This document shows, one piece after another, positions 8,740 to 18,417 of a DNA stretch of 64,000 nt; the stretch's first letter is position 1, and every line of letters begins with the position of its first letter. Source of the DNA: a virus; IMG/VR virus record IMGVR_UViG_3300045044_000110; one strand, given 5' to 3'. The notes under the pieces were generated by a model. That model saw nothing but the letters and a program-made list of their open reading frames with translations. It searched no databases and was not told where the DNA came from. The translations under genes were made by a program, and so were the position numbers.

Positions 8740-10551
8740 TTATGTCCAGTCGTGGATGTACTCGGTTTTCTCTCGGGTCCCGATGTTCGAGCCGGGCCGC
8801 TGCGCCAGCACCGAGCGGGTGCTCCCTAGCATGGTGGCTTTCTCCGGGCCGTTCAGCGCCGCTCCGTGGCACATCATCACTAGAGCGTCGGCGATGTCCG
8901 GGCTCCAGCCTAGCCGCCGCTTGAACTCTTTCTTGGGCTCGAGCCGGATCCGGGGCTTGCCGCTGGGCCCTTTGGTCGAGTCTTGGTAGCGCCGCCCGCT
9001 CAGCTCCTTGAACAACATCGGCGTCTGGATATTCGGATGGAAAGCTAAGAACCCGAACTCGAGAAACTTGCGCACCCGCATGTACATCTCGGTTGTTATC
9101 CCATCATAGATCTCAACCGCGTAATCATGATCGTCACTCAGGATCTTGAGTGCGCTAGCTTCCGCGCCCCACATTACTCCTCTGACCGCCGGGCTCCACT
9201 GCTCGCACAACGCATCGTGCGGGCCGGTTCCTATTCCTGTTCTGTCGCACGTGGTCCACTCGGGATGGATGTGCAAGCCCACCAGGCGCTTCTCAATAGA
9301 AGTGGCTAGCGCGATGGTCTTTTCCTTGGGCATCTCGTAGTACTGATCGGCCTGGATACAGTACCGGGGTTTCTTCCATAGGCTCGGGGCCCCGTGCAGC
9401 GGCTGGAAGCCGATAGCCCGTCCGTACTTGCCGACAAAGACAATGATTCTATCGCCGCCCTCGGCAGCCAAATCGATCCCCGCAATTCCGATGGTGCGCT
9501 GATCGAAAATGAACTGGCCGATGACTGCCTCCAAGAGTGAGTACGGGATGACAGTATTCTGGAGCGCGGCCAGCGGGTACATGGCCCGGCCAAAGGTCAG
9601 GTAGCGGGGCGATTGACCCCCCAATTCCAGAGCGTACTTCTGGTAGCCTTCCCAGGTAAGGAACCCACCGAACACGAGCTTGCGCTCGGTCACGTTCTCG
9701 CTAACCGCGCCGTCTAGGCGTAAGACTTGCCAGCGTTCGGCGCTGACCCATTCATTGTCTCTGTCCATGTCGAGCGTGGTCCACCCGGTGACCGGCTCGG
9801 CCAGCTGGGCGAGCTTCGAGGTAACGTCTCGGGGGTTGGTCGCGCACATGACCTTGACCGTCTCCGGCCCCCAGGCGCTGGCCAATAGGTTAGCGACACC
9901 CTCCCAGCAGCCAGAGGGAATTTCCTCCGCCTCATCCAAGAGCGCCCGCACTCGGGACATCGAGCCGAAGATCGGATGCGCTCGTGTTCGAGGTACAGGA
10001 TGAAAACCCTGCAGCACACCTTTGCCGTCTTCGCCTTGGGGTATAGCGACCAGCGTGATTGCGCTATGCCGGTCCTTGGGATTGAGACCGACAAAACCGT
10101 CCATGCTGATGCCGGGTAACGGCACAAGCGAGGCCTTATAGAGACGTTGGAGCGTCGAGAATGATTGGCTCTTGGCATGGCCGCCAGTCGTACTGATGAC
10201 TTTTATTTCTGTGTACTCAGGATCCCGGAGCCAGTCGAGCAGAAGATAACAGATCATCGTGTAGGTCTTGCCCATCGCCGCCGCCCCTAAACAGATAAAA
10301 TTCTGGGAGTTGCGGATGAACTTTATCAGCTGCTGGACTGCTCGAGGTGCAGGATTAAACAGCGCTTCGCCCCAGAGGAGCATTCCCGCCAGGGCGTAGC
10401 GCTCAGTGTCAAGCAGCCTTCTCAGCAGGGCCCAGAGCCAGGCCTTCGCCTGGGTCGGATCTTTGACGCTCTGATCTAGGCCCGAGACGGCCTCTAATAG
10501 CTCGTCGTCGGTTCCCTCGCCGCAGGCCTTGCGCAAGTCCAGCAGATTCAT
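8740..10551 (-). CDS. terL: Terminase large subunit
   Basis: Walker A GAAAMGKT, Walker B LLDEAEE, coupling motif ATNP, nuclease GIDLAAEGGD, DRTGIG and C-terminal SPDIADAL. Start taken at ATG 10551. Confidence 0.92.
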   Translation of the reverse strand: MNLLDLRKACGEGTDDELLEAVSGLDQSVKDPTQAKAWLWALLRRLLDTERYALAGMLLWGEALFNPAPRAVQQLIKFIRNSQNFICLGAAAMGKTYTMICYLLLDWLRDPEYTEIKVISTTGGHAKSQSFSTLQRLYKASLVPLPGISMDGFVGLNPKDRHSAITLVAIPQGEDGKGVLQGFHPVPRTRAHPIFGSMSRVRALLDEAEEIPSGCWEGVANLLASAWGPETVKVMCATNPRDVTSKLAQLAEPVTGWTTLDMDRDNEWVSAERWQVLRLDGAVSENVTERKLVFGGFLTWEGYQKYALELGGQSPRYLTFGRAMYPLAALQNTVIPYSLLEAVIGQFIFDQRTIGIAGIDLAAEGGDRIIVFVGKYGRAIGFQPLHGAPSLWKKPRYCIQADQYYEMPKEKTIALATSIEKRLVGLHIHPEWTTCDRTGIGTGPHDALCEQWSPAVRGVMWGAEASALKILSDDHDYAVEIYDGITTEMYMRVRKFLEFGFLAFHPNIQTPMLFKELSGRRYQDSTKGPSGKPRIRLEPKKEFKRRLGWSPDIADALVMMCHGAALNGPEKATMLGSTRSVLAQRPGSNIGTREKTEYIHDWT

Positions 10552-10720
10552 GCACCATCTGTACCATGGCGCGAGCCACTTTGATGTCGCTAAAGATTGC
10601 GACCACACATTTGCACCGGTCTCTGACTACATAGCAGATCCGGTTCCGTCCGAACGCTCCGATGCCGGGCTCCTCAAACTCGACTGCCTCCCAGGGCAGC
10701 CTCAGATCGATAGTGTTCAT
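10409..10720 (-). CDS. Hypothetical protein, overlaps TerL 5' end
   Basis: The N-terminal ~57 aa look like a genuine small protein. The C-terminal part overlapping TerL looks like off-frame sequence. Confidence 0.35.
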   Translation of the reverse strand: MNTIDLRLPWEAVEFEEPGIGAFGRNRICYVVRDRCKCVVAIFSDIKVARAMVQMVHESAGLAQGLRRGNRRRAIRGRLGPRSERQRSDPGEGLALGPAEKAA

Positions 10721-10792
10721 AAGAGAAACGCTTTCAGCGCTTTTGTACAGGTGGGCCGGGCAAGATGCAATCAGGGAGAGGCCTGATTTTCC

Positions 10793-11503
10793 TCAAGGCT
10801 CTTTGAGCCAGCGGGCTTTGATGACTTCCATGGCGGCGTTGAAGTCGGTTTCGTTCGTGATTGTTTTACCCTGCCACTTGCCGCTCATCAGCTCCCCCCA
10901 GGCTCTGGCTGTCATCTTTGTGACCTTATGGGTGGCGCACCAGGACTGGACCCGCTCGTGGCTGGCGTAACTCTCCTGCTTCGGGCCGGGTTTGATTCCA
11001 TTCTGGCTCGGGAACCAGCCGTCTGTGTACCAATTGCGCACCACTGCCTTCCAGTCTTTGATAGGATCCCGGCCTATCCGGAATCCATTAGCCAGCCACC
11101 GGTCATAGAGGTATTCGGCATCGGTAGGCGGGAGGCCTTTACGCTGGACCTCGGTTTTCAGCACCTCGATGTTAGGCATTCCTCGGGGTCTACCTGTATA
11201 AGACATATCTACAGCTTTTTCCACTTCGCCAAAAAATTGCTGACCATAGTTTTTGGGTTTTTTTCGGGCGGCCATGAAAGTCTCCTCCCGCATTTTGCGC
11301 GGGGGGCCAGAAACGTCAACTAAACGTTTCATAGGATCGTTTTGTTCCAACAGGGCTTCGTAAGTACCCATGCTGATAAACCCAGCGCCGCAGGCATAAG
11401 AGAGCGAGATCCGCAGCGCTAAGATCAGGGTATGGGCATCTTGTTCGTCAGGGTCAAGCGGATCTATGCGCAACGTTTTCACTATTAATTCTTTAGTAGC
11501 CAC
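10793..11503 (-). CDS. Putative phage replication initiator / DnaD-like C-terminal domain protein
   Basis: DAEYLYDRWLANGFRIGRDPIKDWKAVVRNW resembles the F-x-D-x-x-x-x-NGW...DWKA-x-x-R-x-W motif of phage replication proteins. Confidence 0.55.
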   Translation of the reverse strand: MATKELIVKTLRIDPLDPDEQDAHTLILALRISLSYACGAGFISMGTYEALLEQNDPMKRLVDVSGPPRKMREETFMAARKKPKNYGQQFFGEVEKAVDMSYTGRPRGMPNIEVLKTEVQRKGLPPTDAEYLYDRWLANGFRIGRDPIKDWKAVVRNWYTDGWFPSQNGIKPGPKQESYASHERVQSWCATHKVTKMTARAWGELMSGKWQGKTITNETDFNAAMEVIKARWLKEP

Positions 11504-12031
11504 CTACTTTTCCCCTGGTTGTCTCTTCTTTTGTTGCGCCGAAGTCGGAAGGGCTCACTTTCCGACTGTGAGGCGGGTTTCTTTAGGCGTGGGTACGCCG
11601 GGGGTAGCTTGGAAGGGATTCCAAGATTTTACCCAGGTTCTAAGGGGGAGTGTCAAGCTTATTCGTCCGATAAAGTGAAAAAGTCGGAATTGGTCGTATA
11701 AAACGGAATTGTGCGGGTCCAATAGCCGAAAATGGGCGAATTAGGCATTATAAGACAAAACGCGCTAGGAGGCGATTTAAGAGGCCGGTGGGATCGACAC
11801 ATCCGATGCATCTGCCCGATTGTTATAATGCTTAATTCAGCCCCAGGGGCGCTGGGAGGGGATTTTCACGGTTTATAATGAATAAATCATCTATGCACAA
11901 CGTTGCGCATGATTCTGTCGTATTTAATGCACAACGTTGCGCATGCATACAAATCCAGGACATATGAGGCTTAATTCGGTGATGACATGAAAAAACCGTC
12001 TGATGACGGTCATCAAACCGACGAGTGTCGG
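11504..12031. promoter_or_regulatory. ~530-bp AT-rich non-coding control region (candidate promoter cluster or origin)
   Basis: No credible ORF. Contains two copies of ATGCACAACGTTGCGCAT (11893-11910, 11927-11944), two oppositely oriented TTATAATGC(C/T)TAATTC motifs (11738-11754, 11823-11839) and a perfect extended -10 TGnTATAAT at 11821-11829. Confidence 0.6.
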
Positions 12032-12487
12032 CTAGAACTCGAGCCGGTCGGCATCCTCTACTAATTTAATCGCCTCACCCGCTGAATAGACCACGTACAT
12101 CTCGATTCCTTGAGCTTCGCAGCAAAGTCGGAATTCTTCTTGTTCGGGTGTCAGATCGCAGCCGTAGTCGCGCTTAAATTCGATCCACATATTCCGGCGG
12201 TTTATGCCGACCCAGAAGTCGGGCGTCCCAGGGGTGGCCTTGGAACTGGTATGGGTGGCATGCCAGACGAACGGGATTTTGCGGCCCTGGGAGTTCTGGA
12301 GGAGCAGGTAGTTGGCGAAATCGGCCTGTTCCTTGCGCTCCGGGACGTCCCGCTTGGGTGGCGGGCTAATCCTCAGTTTCGGGTCCGGGGCGCTCGACTG
12401 ATTCGGATCTGGGCGATAATACATTTGGTCCTCGGGATTCATTAGCCGGATCAGATGGGGGGAGAGTTCGAGGCGGGGAATGCCCAT
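12032..12487 (-). CDS. VRR-NUC-like PD-(D/E)xK nuclease
   Basis: GTPDFWVG...WIEFKR...LTPEQEEF signature. Start taken at ATG 12487. Confidence 0.8.
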   Translation of the reverse strand: MGIPRLELSPHLIRLMNPEDQMYYRPDPNQSSAPDPKLRISPPPKRDVPERKEQADFANYLLLQNSQGRKIPFVWHATHTSSKATPGTPDFWVGINRRNMWIEFKRDYGCDLTPEQEEFRLCCEAQGIEMYVVYSAGEAIKLVEDADRLEF

Positions 12488-12833
12488 GGCGGCCTTTCTT
12501 TTTTCCTCCCAGTTTCGGTGCCCCGAGATCAATTTCAAGGAGGCGAGCCGTGGCCAGGCAGATATTGCGAAACGTGCGGTCCAGGTCTTCTGGCGAAGGG
12601 TCATCCGAGGGCCCTGGGAGCTTCAAGGTGAAGCTTTTCTCGCCCGGCGGTCTCATGATATGGGGAACGCCGAAAAGGCTCGTCTCAGCGCCAGCTACGC
12701 CTGAATAGACCTTGAATTTCCACTCTATGGGAAAGAATTCCGCGTCGACATGGCGGCCCAGTTTGGTGGCACACCACTGATGCAGCTGGCCGCTCCAACC
12801 GGCGTAGGTATGGTAAAGCTCTTCAGGTGTCAC
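12366..12833 (-). CDS. Hypothetical protein
   Basis: GTG start coupled to the stop of the upstream gene; plausible protein composition. Confidence 0.5.
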   Translation of the reverse strand: MTPEELYHTYAGWSGQLHQWCATKLGRHVDAEFFPIEWKFKVYSGVAGAETSLFGVPHIMRPPGEKSFTLKLPGPSDDPSPEDLDRTFRNICLATARLLEIDLGAPKLGGKKKGRHGHSPPRTLPPSDPANESRGPNVLSPRSESVERPGPETED

Positions 12834-13239
12834 CGTTTCGCTTTTTCTTTTTCCGGCGCGGGTACATGTCAGGGAATCGCCGCCGGAGACTTTCGGCCCG
12901 GACGTGATCCGCCAGGCCTTTAGGATCAATCCGTCCAGCACGGATTTCTTGGATAATAAATTCGCGTAACTCAACCGAGACAATGGTGGCCGGGGGCCGG
13001 GCCAGGATTTGATCCACGTAGATTTTGGCCTCAAAGATATCGCCTGGCGGAATGCTATCGCGGGCATCCTTGGAGGTCTCGGGATCATCCTCTCTCGCCT
13101 CTGCCTTGTTTTTCAAGACACCGTCCCAGCAGGGGTTACGCTTGAATTCTACACAGCGCCTGCGCCGTTTCCCCGTTGCAATCAAATACGTGGTAACCGG
13201 CTCCCAATCGTCAAGATTTTGATGGTTGTTTCCCGGCAT
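12823..13239 (-). CDS. Hypothetical protein
   Basis: ATG 13239 overlapping the upstream gene's end; basic C-terminus. Confidence 0.5.
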   Translation of the reverse strand: MPGNNHQNLDDWEPVTTYLIATGKRRRRCVEFKRNPCWDGVLKNKAEAREDDPETSKDARDSIPPGDIFEAKIYVDQILARPPATIVSVELREFIIQEIRAGRIDPKGLADHVRAESLRRRFPDMYPRRKKKKRNGDT

Positions 13240-13429
13240 CGATATAGCGCTCGATCTCACCTTCCACTTCCGCCAGCTCGCGCCGCACCTTGACGATGCG
13301 AGCATTGACCTCGACTTGGAAATCGATGTCTCTGGCGTAGACGTTGATCATGAGAAGGCCCTGGTGCTCGTTCATCAGCTCGGTTTTGCGCTGGATAGCC
13401 TTTTTGATGTGTTCAGGTAGCTCGCTCAT
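13211..13429 (-). CDS. Hypothetical coiled-coil protein (72 aa)
   Basis: Part of a tightly overlapping minus-strand operon. Confidence 0.6.
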   Translation of the reverse strand: MSELPEHIKKAIQRKTELMNEHQGLLMINVYARDIDFQVEVNARIVKVRRELAEVEGEIERYIDAGKQPSKS

Positions 13430-13940
13430 CGCGGAAGTCCTCCATCATCTTGTCTTTGATGGCTCGCACCTCCATGGCCTTATCGATGGCGTCTAACATC
13501 CAGGATTCGAATCCCAGGCCCTCCGGCTGACTGGTTAAACTGACGCAGCGGCCCTGGGAATCGCGGTTGATCACCCAGCCCCGGCCAATGCGTTCTTTGC
13601 CGTTAGAGGCCAGACAGACAATGGCTTCCCGGCGTTTGGGGTCATGCTCAGGCCGGTCGGCGCGTTTGGGCTCGTCCTTGTTGTAGTGGCTGGTCCAGCA
13701 TTCGCTCAGCATGGAATAGGCGATCACCGGCTCCGGGTCTTTGATCACTTTCATCCCGATGGCCAGGATGGTCTTGCGTTTGTCCTGGTCGTCTTTCCAG
13801 GGACAGCCAATGACATCGAACTGGTTATCCTTCTTCAAGAGAAGGAAACAGGCGAGCAACTCCTTGGTGGTTGGGATGATTTGTTGGCTGGCGTGTTTAT
13901 ACGCCAGATCGACGAGGTCGGTGAGAAGGTGATCGGTCAT
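13413..13940 (-). CDS. Hypothetical protein (175 aa)
   Basis: ATGA-coupled to its neighbour; globular composition. Confidence 0.7.
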   Translation of the reverse strand: MTDHLLTDLVDLAYKHASQQIIPTTKELLACFLLLKKDNQFDVIGCPWKDDQDKRKTILAIGMKVIKDPEPVIAYSMLSECWTSHYNKDEPKRADRPEHDPKRREAIVCLASNGKERIGRGWVINRDSQGRCVSLTSQPEGLGFESWMLDAIDKAMEVRAIKDKMMEDFRDERAT

Positions 13941-14200
13941 GAGAGGGGATGGTTAGGGTAGGCGAGATCGGCGAGGTGCACAGCGAGTCGTAGCTCGGCT
14001 TCGGAGAACCCCAAAGATGTCAAGTACGCGCCGCTCTCTTCGCCTGACCAATGGTCGCTGAACTGAGTGATTAGAGCCGTAGCTAAAAGATCGGTGTCGT
14101 GAAGATGAGGCAGGAGTTTTTTGAATCTGCGCCGGTCGCCGTGTTTAGCGGCCAGCTCTAAGATATGAGCGCGAAGGGCCTGATCTTGATTTTTGGTCAT
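13937..14200 (-). CDS. Hypothetical protein (87 aa)
   Basis: ATGA-coupled to the helicase stop. Confidence 0.6.
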   Translation of the reverse strand: MTKNQDQALRAHILELAAKHGDRRRFKKLLPHLHDTDLLATALITQFSDHWSGEESGAYLTSLGFSEAELRLAVHLADLAYPNHPLS

Positions 14201-15762
14201 GCTACCTCCTTGTACTTCGCCGCCTGCGGTATCGTGAGCGCCCAGAGGTCTGCTGCTTGAGCAGCTGCAGCGTTAGAGAGAGCCCGAATTTCAGGCATCC
14301 GGCGATAACGCCGCCGGTTAACCGCAGCAATGACCGCCCGAGCGTGCCCTTCGGTTTGGACCGTTTCCGGGTCGATGCCGCGCTGTTCCAGTAGGAGACG
14401 CGAGAACTTGCCGACCGGGCGGCGTTCCCATTCAAAGACCGGCTGATAGTTGAGGAGCGTGCGGTCGTGCGTGCCAGCCGCAAAGAGTTCTGCTTGGACT
14501 CTGCCTTCGCGAAACCGAGCGGTCGCTTCCAAGCGCCGCCTTATAGCCTCCTCTCGTTGACGTTGGATCTCGCGCTGCATCGAGCGTAGAGAGTAAGAGG
14601 CAGTCGCGGCCTTTTTCATGGCCTCGGCCTCTTCCTGGGTCTCGGCAATGAGGCTGGCCGGAGTGACCAGATCATGATCTTCGGTTAACCAGAGCGGGTC
14701 CAGGATGTAGGCCCGTGGTTTCGACGAGCGGGCAATCGCAGACAGTCTCGCTTCGGCGGTCTGCACACCATCGATCACTCCCGGCTCGGTTCTGGTACTC
14801 CGGCCAACAATCTGTTGATAAAGGACTTTGCTCCGGGTAGGCCGCAGGTTCAGGGTGGTATCGCAGCAAGGGATGTCTACGCCTGTGTGGAGAAGAGCCG
14901 AATTGGATAGGAGCTGGATCTTGCCCGCCTTGAATAGGGTTAACTTCTCGTCGCGCTCTGGGTCCTCGCCATCGATATGGACGGCGTTGAGGCCCTCGGC
15001 CCGGCAGGCCTCGACAAATTTCTGGCTAGAGGCCACTAGGGGCAGAAAGGCCAGGATCTTTTTGTCGGAGTGCTTAGTCTTGATCTCCTTAGCAATCTCC
15101 CGGAAATATGGGGCAATGGCATCCGCCGCCTCCTGGACATCGTAGTCCAGGCCGTCCACCGTGCGTTTCACTCTGACCTGGGCGAGCGAGATAGCGGTGG
15201 AAAGCCGGTCAACATGGTCGGGATCGACCAGCCAGCCGCCGTCGACCAGCTCAAAAATGCCCTTCCGGTAGGCCTCGGTGTCGTACAGCTCGGTAAGAGA
15301 TTTGTTGTCGGCGCGGAACGGAGTAGCCGTGATCCCGCAGCGCTTGGCGGCATTGAAATGACTAAAGATCCGCTTCCAAGACTCGGCCAGTGAGTAATGG
15401 CATTCGTCCGCGAAAATGAATTGGAAGTGATCCTTGGGAAAACGCTCCAGGCGCTTCTTGCGGGAAAGGGTCTGAACCGAGCCCACCACCACCCGAGCAT
15501 CGAGGGGCGCGTAAGACTCGGCTTTCTCGAGAGCCGGAGCGTAGCCCAGCTGGTCGGCGAAGGCCGCCATCGGCTGGGTGCAAAGCTCGTTACGATTTGC
15601 CAGAAACAGCACCCGGCCCTGGACTTTGGCCGCAGTACCGGCAGCAATGAGGGTCTTGCCGCCGCCAGTAGCCAGGGCGACAATAGTGTTCTCGCCTTTA
15701 CGCCAGGCCTCCAAGACTGCCTTAGAGGCCTCCTCTTGATACGGTCGGAATTTGGCTTGCAT
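14197..15762 (-). CDS. Superfamily 2 (DEAD/DEAH-box) helicase
   Basis: Q motif FRPYQEEA, Walker A ATGGGKT, DECHY, ITATP, LLHTGVDIP, YQQIVGRSTR. Confidence 0.93.
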   Translation of the reverse strand: MQAKFRPYQEEASKAVLEAWRKGENTIVALATGGGKTLIAAGTAAKVQGRVLFLANRNELCTQPMAAFADQLGYAPALEKAESYAPLDARVVVGSVQTLSRKKRLERFPKDHFQFIFADECHYSLAESWKRIFSHFNAAKRCGITATPFRADNKSLTELYDTEAYRKGIFELVDGGWLVDPDHVDRLSTAISLAQVRVKRTVDGLDYDVQEAADAIAPYFREIAKEIKTKHSDKKILAFLPLVASSQKFVEACRAEGLNAVHIDGEDPERDEKLTLFKAGKIQLLSNSALLHTGVDIPCCDTTLNLRPTRSKVLYQQIVGRSTRTEPGVIDGVQTAEARLSAIARSSKPRAYILDPLWLTEDHDLVTPASLIAETQEEAEAMKKAATASYSLRSMQREIQRQREEAIRRRLEATARFREGRVQAELFAAGTHDRTLLNYQPVFEWERRPVGKFSRLLLEQRGIDPETVQTEGHARAVIAAVNRRRYRRMPEIRALSNAAAAQAADLWALTIPQAAKYKEVA

Positions 15763-15968
15763 TACCGTTATTGTCCTATGACGAGAGGGGTTTTACAAGC
15801 ACAAAATCAATCTTTCTTCTTCTTTTTCTCCCAGCGTTTCTTGGCTGCCGCGCTCGCTGTCCGGCGCTTTTTCGCCTTCCCCTTGGCGGCTTTGCCCATG
15901 AGGCTGGCTCCCTCCTTTTTTACCCACTCATCAGAGAGGATCTTTTCACAGTATGGGCACTTGGCCAT

Positions 15969-16262
15969 TTAAACCCCATTCAGGTTAACATCCACCCCCG
16001 GCTGGGGCTTAAGTGATTCCTCTAGCGCCTTGAGATCGATCCGGTAGCCGCGCCGGTCGGCAGCCCCGTTGCCAACTTCTAACCCATTACTCTTCCAGAA
16101 CCGCAAGACGGCGTAGCCGGGCACCCGGACAATGACCTGGCTAGTGCGCCAGCCGATAATCTCGCCTTCCAGCCGCTCTTCTTGGGCCGGGACCGGCACC
16201 TGGTCGTACCGGATCACCTCCAGCTTGAGGGAGTGGCCGATTTCGAGCTTTTGATGTTTCAT
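15969..16262 (-). CDS. Hypothetical protein (97 aa)
   Basis: ATG lies just downstream of the perfect 16-bp palindrome at 16285-16300. Confidence 0.65.
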   Translation of the reverse strand: MKHQKLEIGHSLKLEVIRYDQVPVPAQEERLEGEIIGWRTSQVIVRVPGYAVLRFWKSNGLEVGNGAADRRGYRIDLKALEESLKPQPGVDVNLNGV

Positions 16263-16284
16263 TGATTACATGTCATGATGACTA

Positions 16285-16300
16285 TGCGCAACGTTGCGCA
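16285..16300. promoter_or_regulatory. Perfect palindrome TGCGCAACGTTGCGCA (putative operator)
   Basis: Intergenic, AT-rich context. Related copies at 11466, 11893, 11927, 19685, 25808 and 31154. Confidence 0.65.
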
Positions 16301-16346
16301 GTCGGCATTCTGCCGATTTTTTTGCTGATTTTGAACCACTTACGCA

Positions 16347-17243
16347 TCAAATTAGCCGATTTACGGTGATTTTGACCTCCTGCATTTCGACCTCAAAATG
16401 GCCATTATTTGCCATCGCCATCGTGATTAATCTGCCGACCGGAGTCCGGTCAGTAATGGTCTGATTCACAAAGCCAAGGGCTTTGGCCAGACTCCAGCGC
16501 AGGTCCAGGATGTAATGCGTCAACACTTCGGGATCTTCCTGGGCAGCCCACTGGCGCAGTTCCCGTTCGCTCATTTCCAGGCGTAAATACTCGATGGCGT
16601 CGGCAACGACATCGCCACACAGTCGGCGGATCCGTACCAGGTCACGCTCGCCCTGCTCGCTCAATTGGATCCTGGCCGGGGGCTCTAGCGGCCCCGCAGA
16701 TGCGTCATGCGCGTCGCCAGATAGATCGGGCCCAACCTGCAAGTCGGAGCCGTCCAGGGCCCGGCTGGGGCTCTGTTTGGCTACTGTAGCGGCTTTGGGC
16801 CTAATGATTTTGGCTTCATAGTCCTCGACTACATCGTGGACCAGATCAGCGGTGATCGCGCACTCGTGCTTTTCGGCTATATCCCTGACCAGTTTCCATA
16901 CCTCGGCCTGATGTTCTGGCTCCAGCCGAGCGAGTTCGGAAACCTGAGTTTCGTTACCTGGCAGCTCCAGTCCTTGATCTCTTAAGAGCTTTACCGAATC
17001 AGCAACCGCTATAAAACGGCCAACGGTTCTGGGATCCCAGCCATGATACTCAGCGCAGTATTTGTGAAAGTCCCCGCAGCGCTCCAGGAAGAGTTCGAGT
17101 TTCTTAATCTTAGCAAGTTCCTGCCCGAGGCCAACGGTGGCGTCCAGGCCTCGGCGCAGGTGAGTGTGAATCTTTCGCTCGCACTCCTCCAGTAAGACCA
17201 GGCGGCTGGAGCTACCCGCCACAATTTCTACAGCTTGTTTCAT
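16347..17243 (-). CDS. DUF3102-like phage protein (putative DNA-binding)
   Basis: GQELAKIK...DFHKYCAEYHGWDPRTVGRFI and LPGNETQVSELARL resemble DUF3102-type N-termini. Shine-Dalgarno AAGGAGG upstream. Confidence 0.55.
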   Translation of the reverse strand: MKQAVEIVAGSSSRLVLLEECERKIHTHLRRGLDATVGLGQELAKIKKLELFLERCGDFHKYCAEYHGWDPRTVGRFIAVADSVKLLRDQGLELPGNETQVSELARLEPEHQAEVWKLVRDIAEKHECAITADLVHDVVEDYEAKIIRPKAATVAKQSPSRALDGSDLQVGPDLSGDAHDASAGPLEPPARIQLSEQGERDLVRIRRLCGDVVADAIEYLRLEMSERELRQWAAQEDPEVLTHYILDLRWSLAKALGFVNQTITDRTPVGRLITMAMANNGHFEVEMQEVKITVNRLI

Positions 17244-17253
17244 TTTGCCCTCC

Positions 17254-18417
17254 TTACCATGGCCGCTGCGTTTTGTGGAACGCGATGGCTGCCTCGATGG
17301 CGGCTACGTCTTCTTTCTGGGCATCACTGGCCTCAGTGTCCCAGCGCTGCCGGACTACAGGAATCCATTGTTCCTCTAAGATCTTGAGTTCAGCGATACC
17401 CAGATCCCCGACTTTGTGGCCCATGAATTTGGCGTGCCGGACTCCCCGGATGACATGGTCTTTCCAGGCGGGCTCCTGAATGCCATCATTTTTCGGTGGG
17501 CTCATGTCGAAGCCTTCCGGTCCGCCACTCGGGCCGTAAACCACTTCCCGGCGTTTCTGTTCGATGGCCTCACCCAGTCCCGCAGCAGACGGCGGCGACG
17601 ATGACAGCGGTTGCGTAGGGCTGGCCGGTGGCGTAAGCGGCGGAGGAGTAGGAGTAACAGGGGGCGCTGCGGGCTTTGGGGGCGGTTCAACCACCTCCGC
17701 TTTGGCCTTGGCCCGGCGCTCATCCAACTCGGCCTGGGCCTTGTCGCTGGCTTCCTGGATATTGTCGCGGACCGCCTGCTGTTGCTGGTCCAGATCGGCC
17801 TCGGAATCGGTGAGATGAGAGTCCAACTCCTCCCGGATGTAAATATTACTGAGTTGGTCCGGAAACGCGCCGCGCAGGGCTTGAGCTTTCGCACATTTCG
17901 CGAGCATGTAGTCGGGCATCTTATCCCAGAACTCTGTCACTACCCATTTGCGCTCCTCCTTATCCCAGAAGGTCCCCACGTAAGAGCCCCAGCGAGCAAT
18001 ACCCACTTCAGGGTGAGATCGGTGTTTGTGAAAGACGATGCATTTAGCGGCTTCCGGCGGCTCTGGGTTTAGCCATTCGTCTTTCCAGATGCCGTCCTGG
18101 GCCGACCAGTGGATTTTGCAGCCATCATAGTTGCCGGTGCGGTCGGCGATCCCGCACAGGCCCATGATACCCGTGACAGTGACTAAGGTCGGCACCTTGG
18201 TGGTGTTGCCGTTGGCGTCCCGGACATTCTGATAGCGTTTGGTTGGATAGATTTGTTTCGTAAAAGGATCGAGCTTGGTCCGCTGGCAGGTGCGGATAAA
18301 AGTCTCCTTTTCATCGTCGGGGAATTTGGCGAGCATCGTGCGTTTGAGCAGCTCGACCTCTTCTTCGGAGAGGAACGGTCTTGGGGGCGGATTGTTTGGA
18401 TAAATTTGGGAACTCAT
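17254..18417 (-). CDS. bet: Bet/RecT-family single-strand annealing recombinase with Pro-rich C-terminal tail
   Basis: FIRTCQRTKLDPFTKQIY, GLCGIADRTGNYDG and WDKMPDYMLAKCAKAQALRGAFP are Red-beta/RecT hallmarks. Confidence 0.88.
   Translation of the reverse strand: MSSQIYPNNPPPRPFLSEEEVELLKRTMLAKFPDDEKETFIRTCQRTKLDPFTKQIYPTKRYQNVRDANGNTTKVPTLVTVTGIMGLCGIADRTGNYDGCKIHWSAQDGIWKDEWLNPEPPEAAKCIVFHKHRSHPEVGIARWGSYVGTFWDKEERKWVVTEFWDKMPDYMLAKCAKAQALRGAFPDQLSNIYIREELDSHLTDSEADLDQQQQAVRDNIQEASDKAQAELDERRAKAKAEVVEPPPKPAAPPVTPTPPPLTPPASPTQPLSSSPPSAAGLGEAIEQKRREVVYGPSGGPEGFDMSPPKNDGIQEPAWKDHVIRGVRHAKFMGHKVGDLGIAELKILEEQWIPVVRQRWDTEASDAQKEDVAAIEAAIAFHKTQRPW

Noticed and set aside
10409-10720. Terminase small subunit or programmed frameshift into TerL
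   Set aside because: No HTH or TerS features and no clear slippery sequence; the overlap is more simply a lost stop codon.
8740-15762. Inteins or introns in terminase or helicase
   Set aside because: Both have normal length with contiguous motifs and no intein splice signatures.
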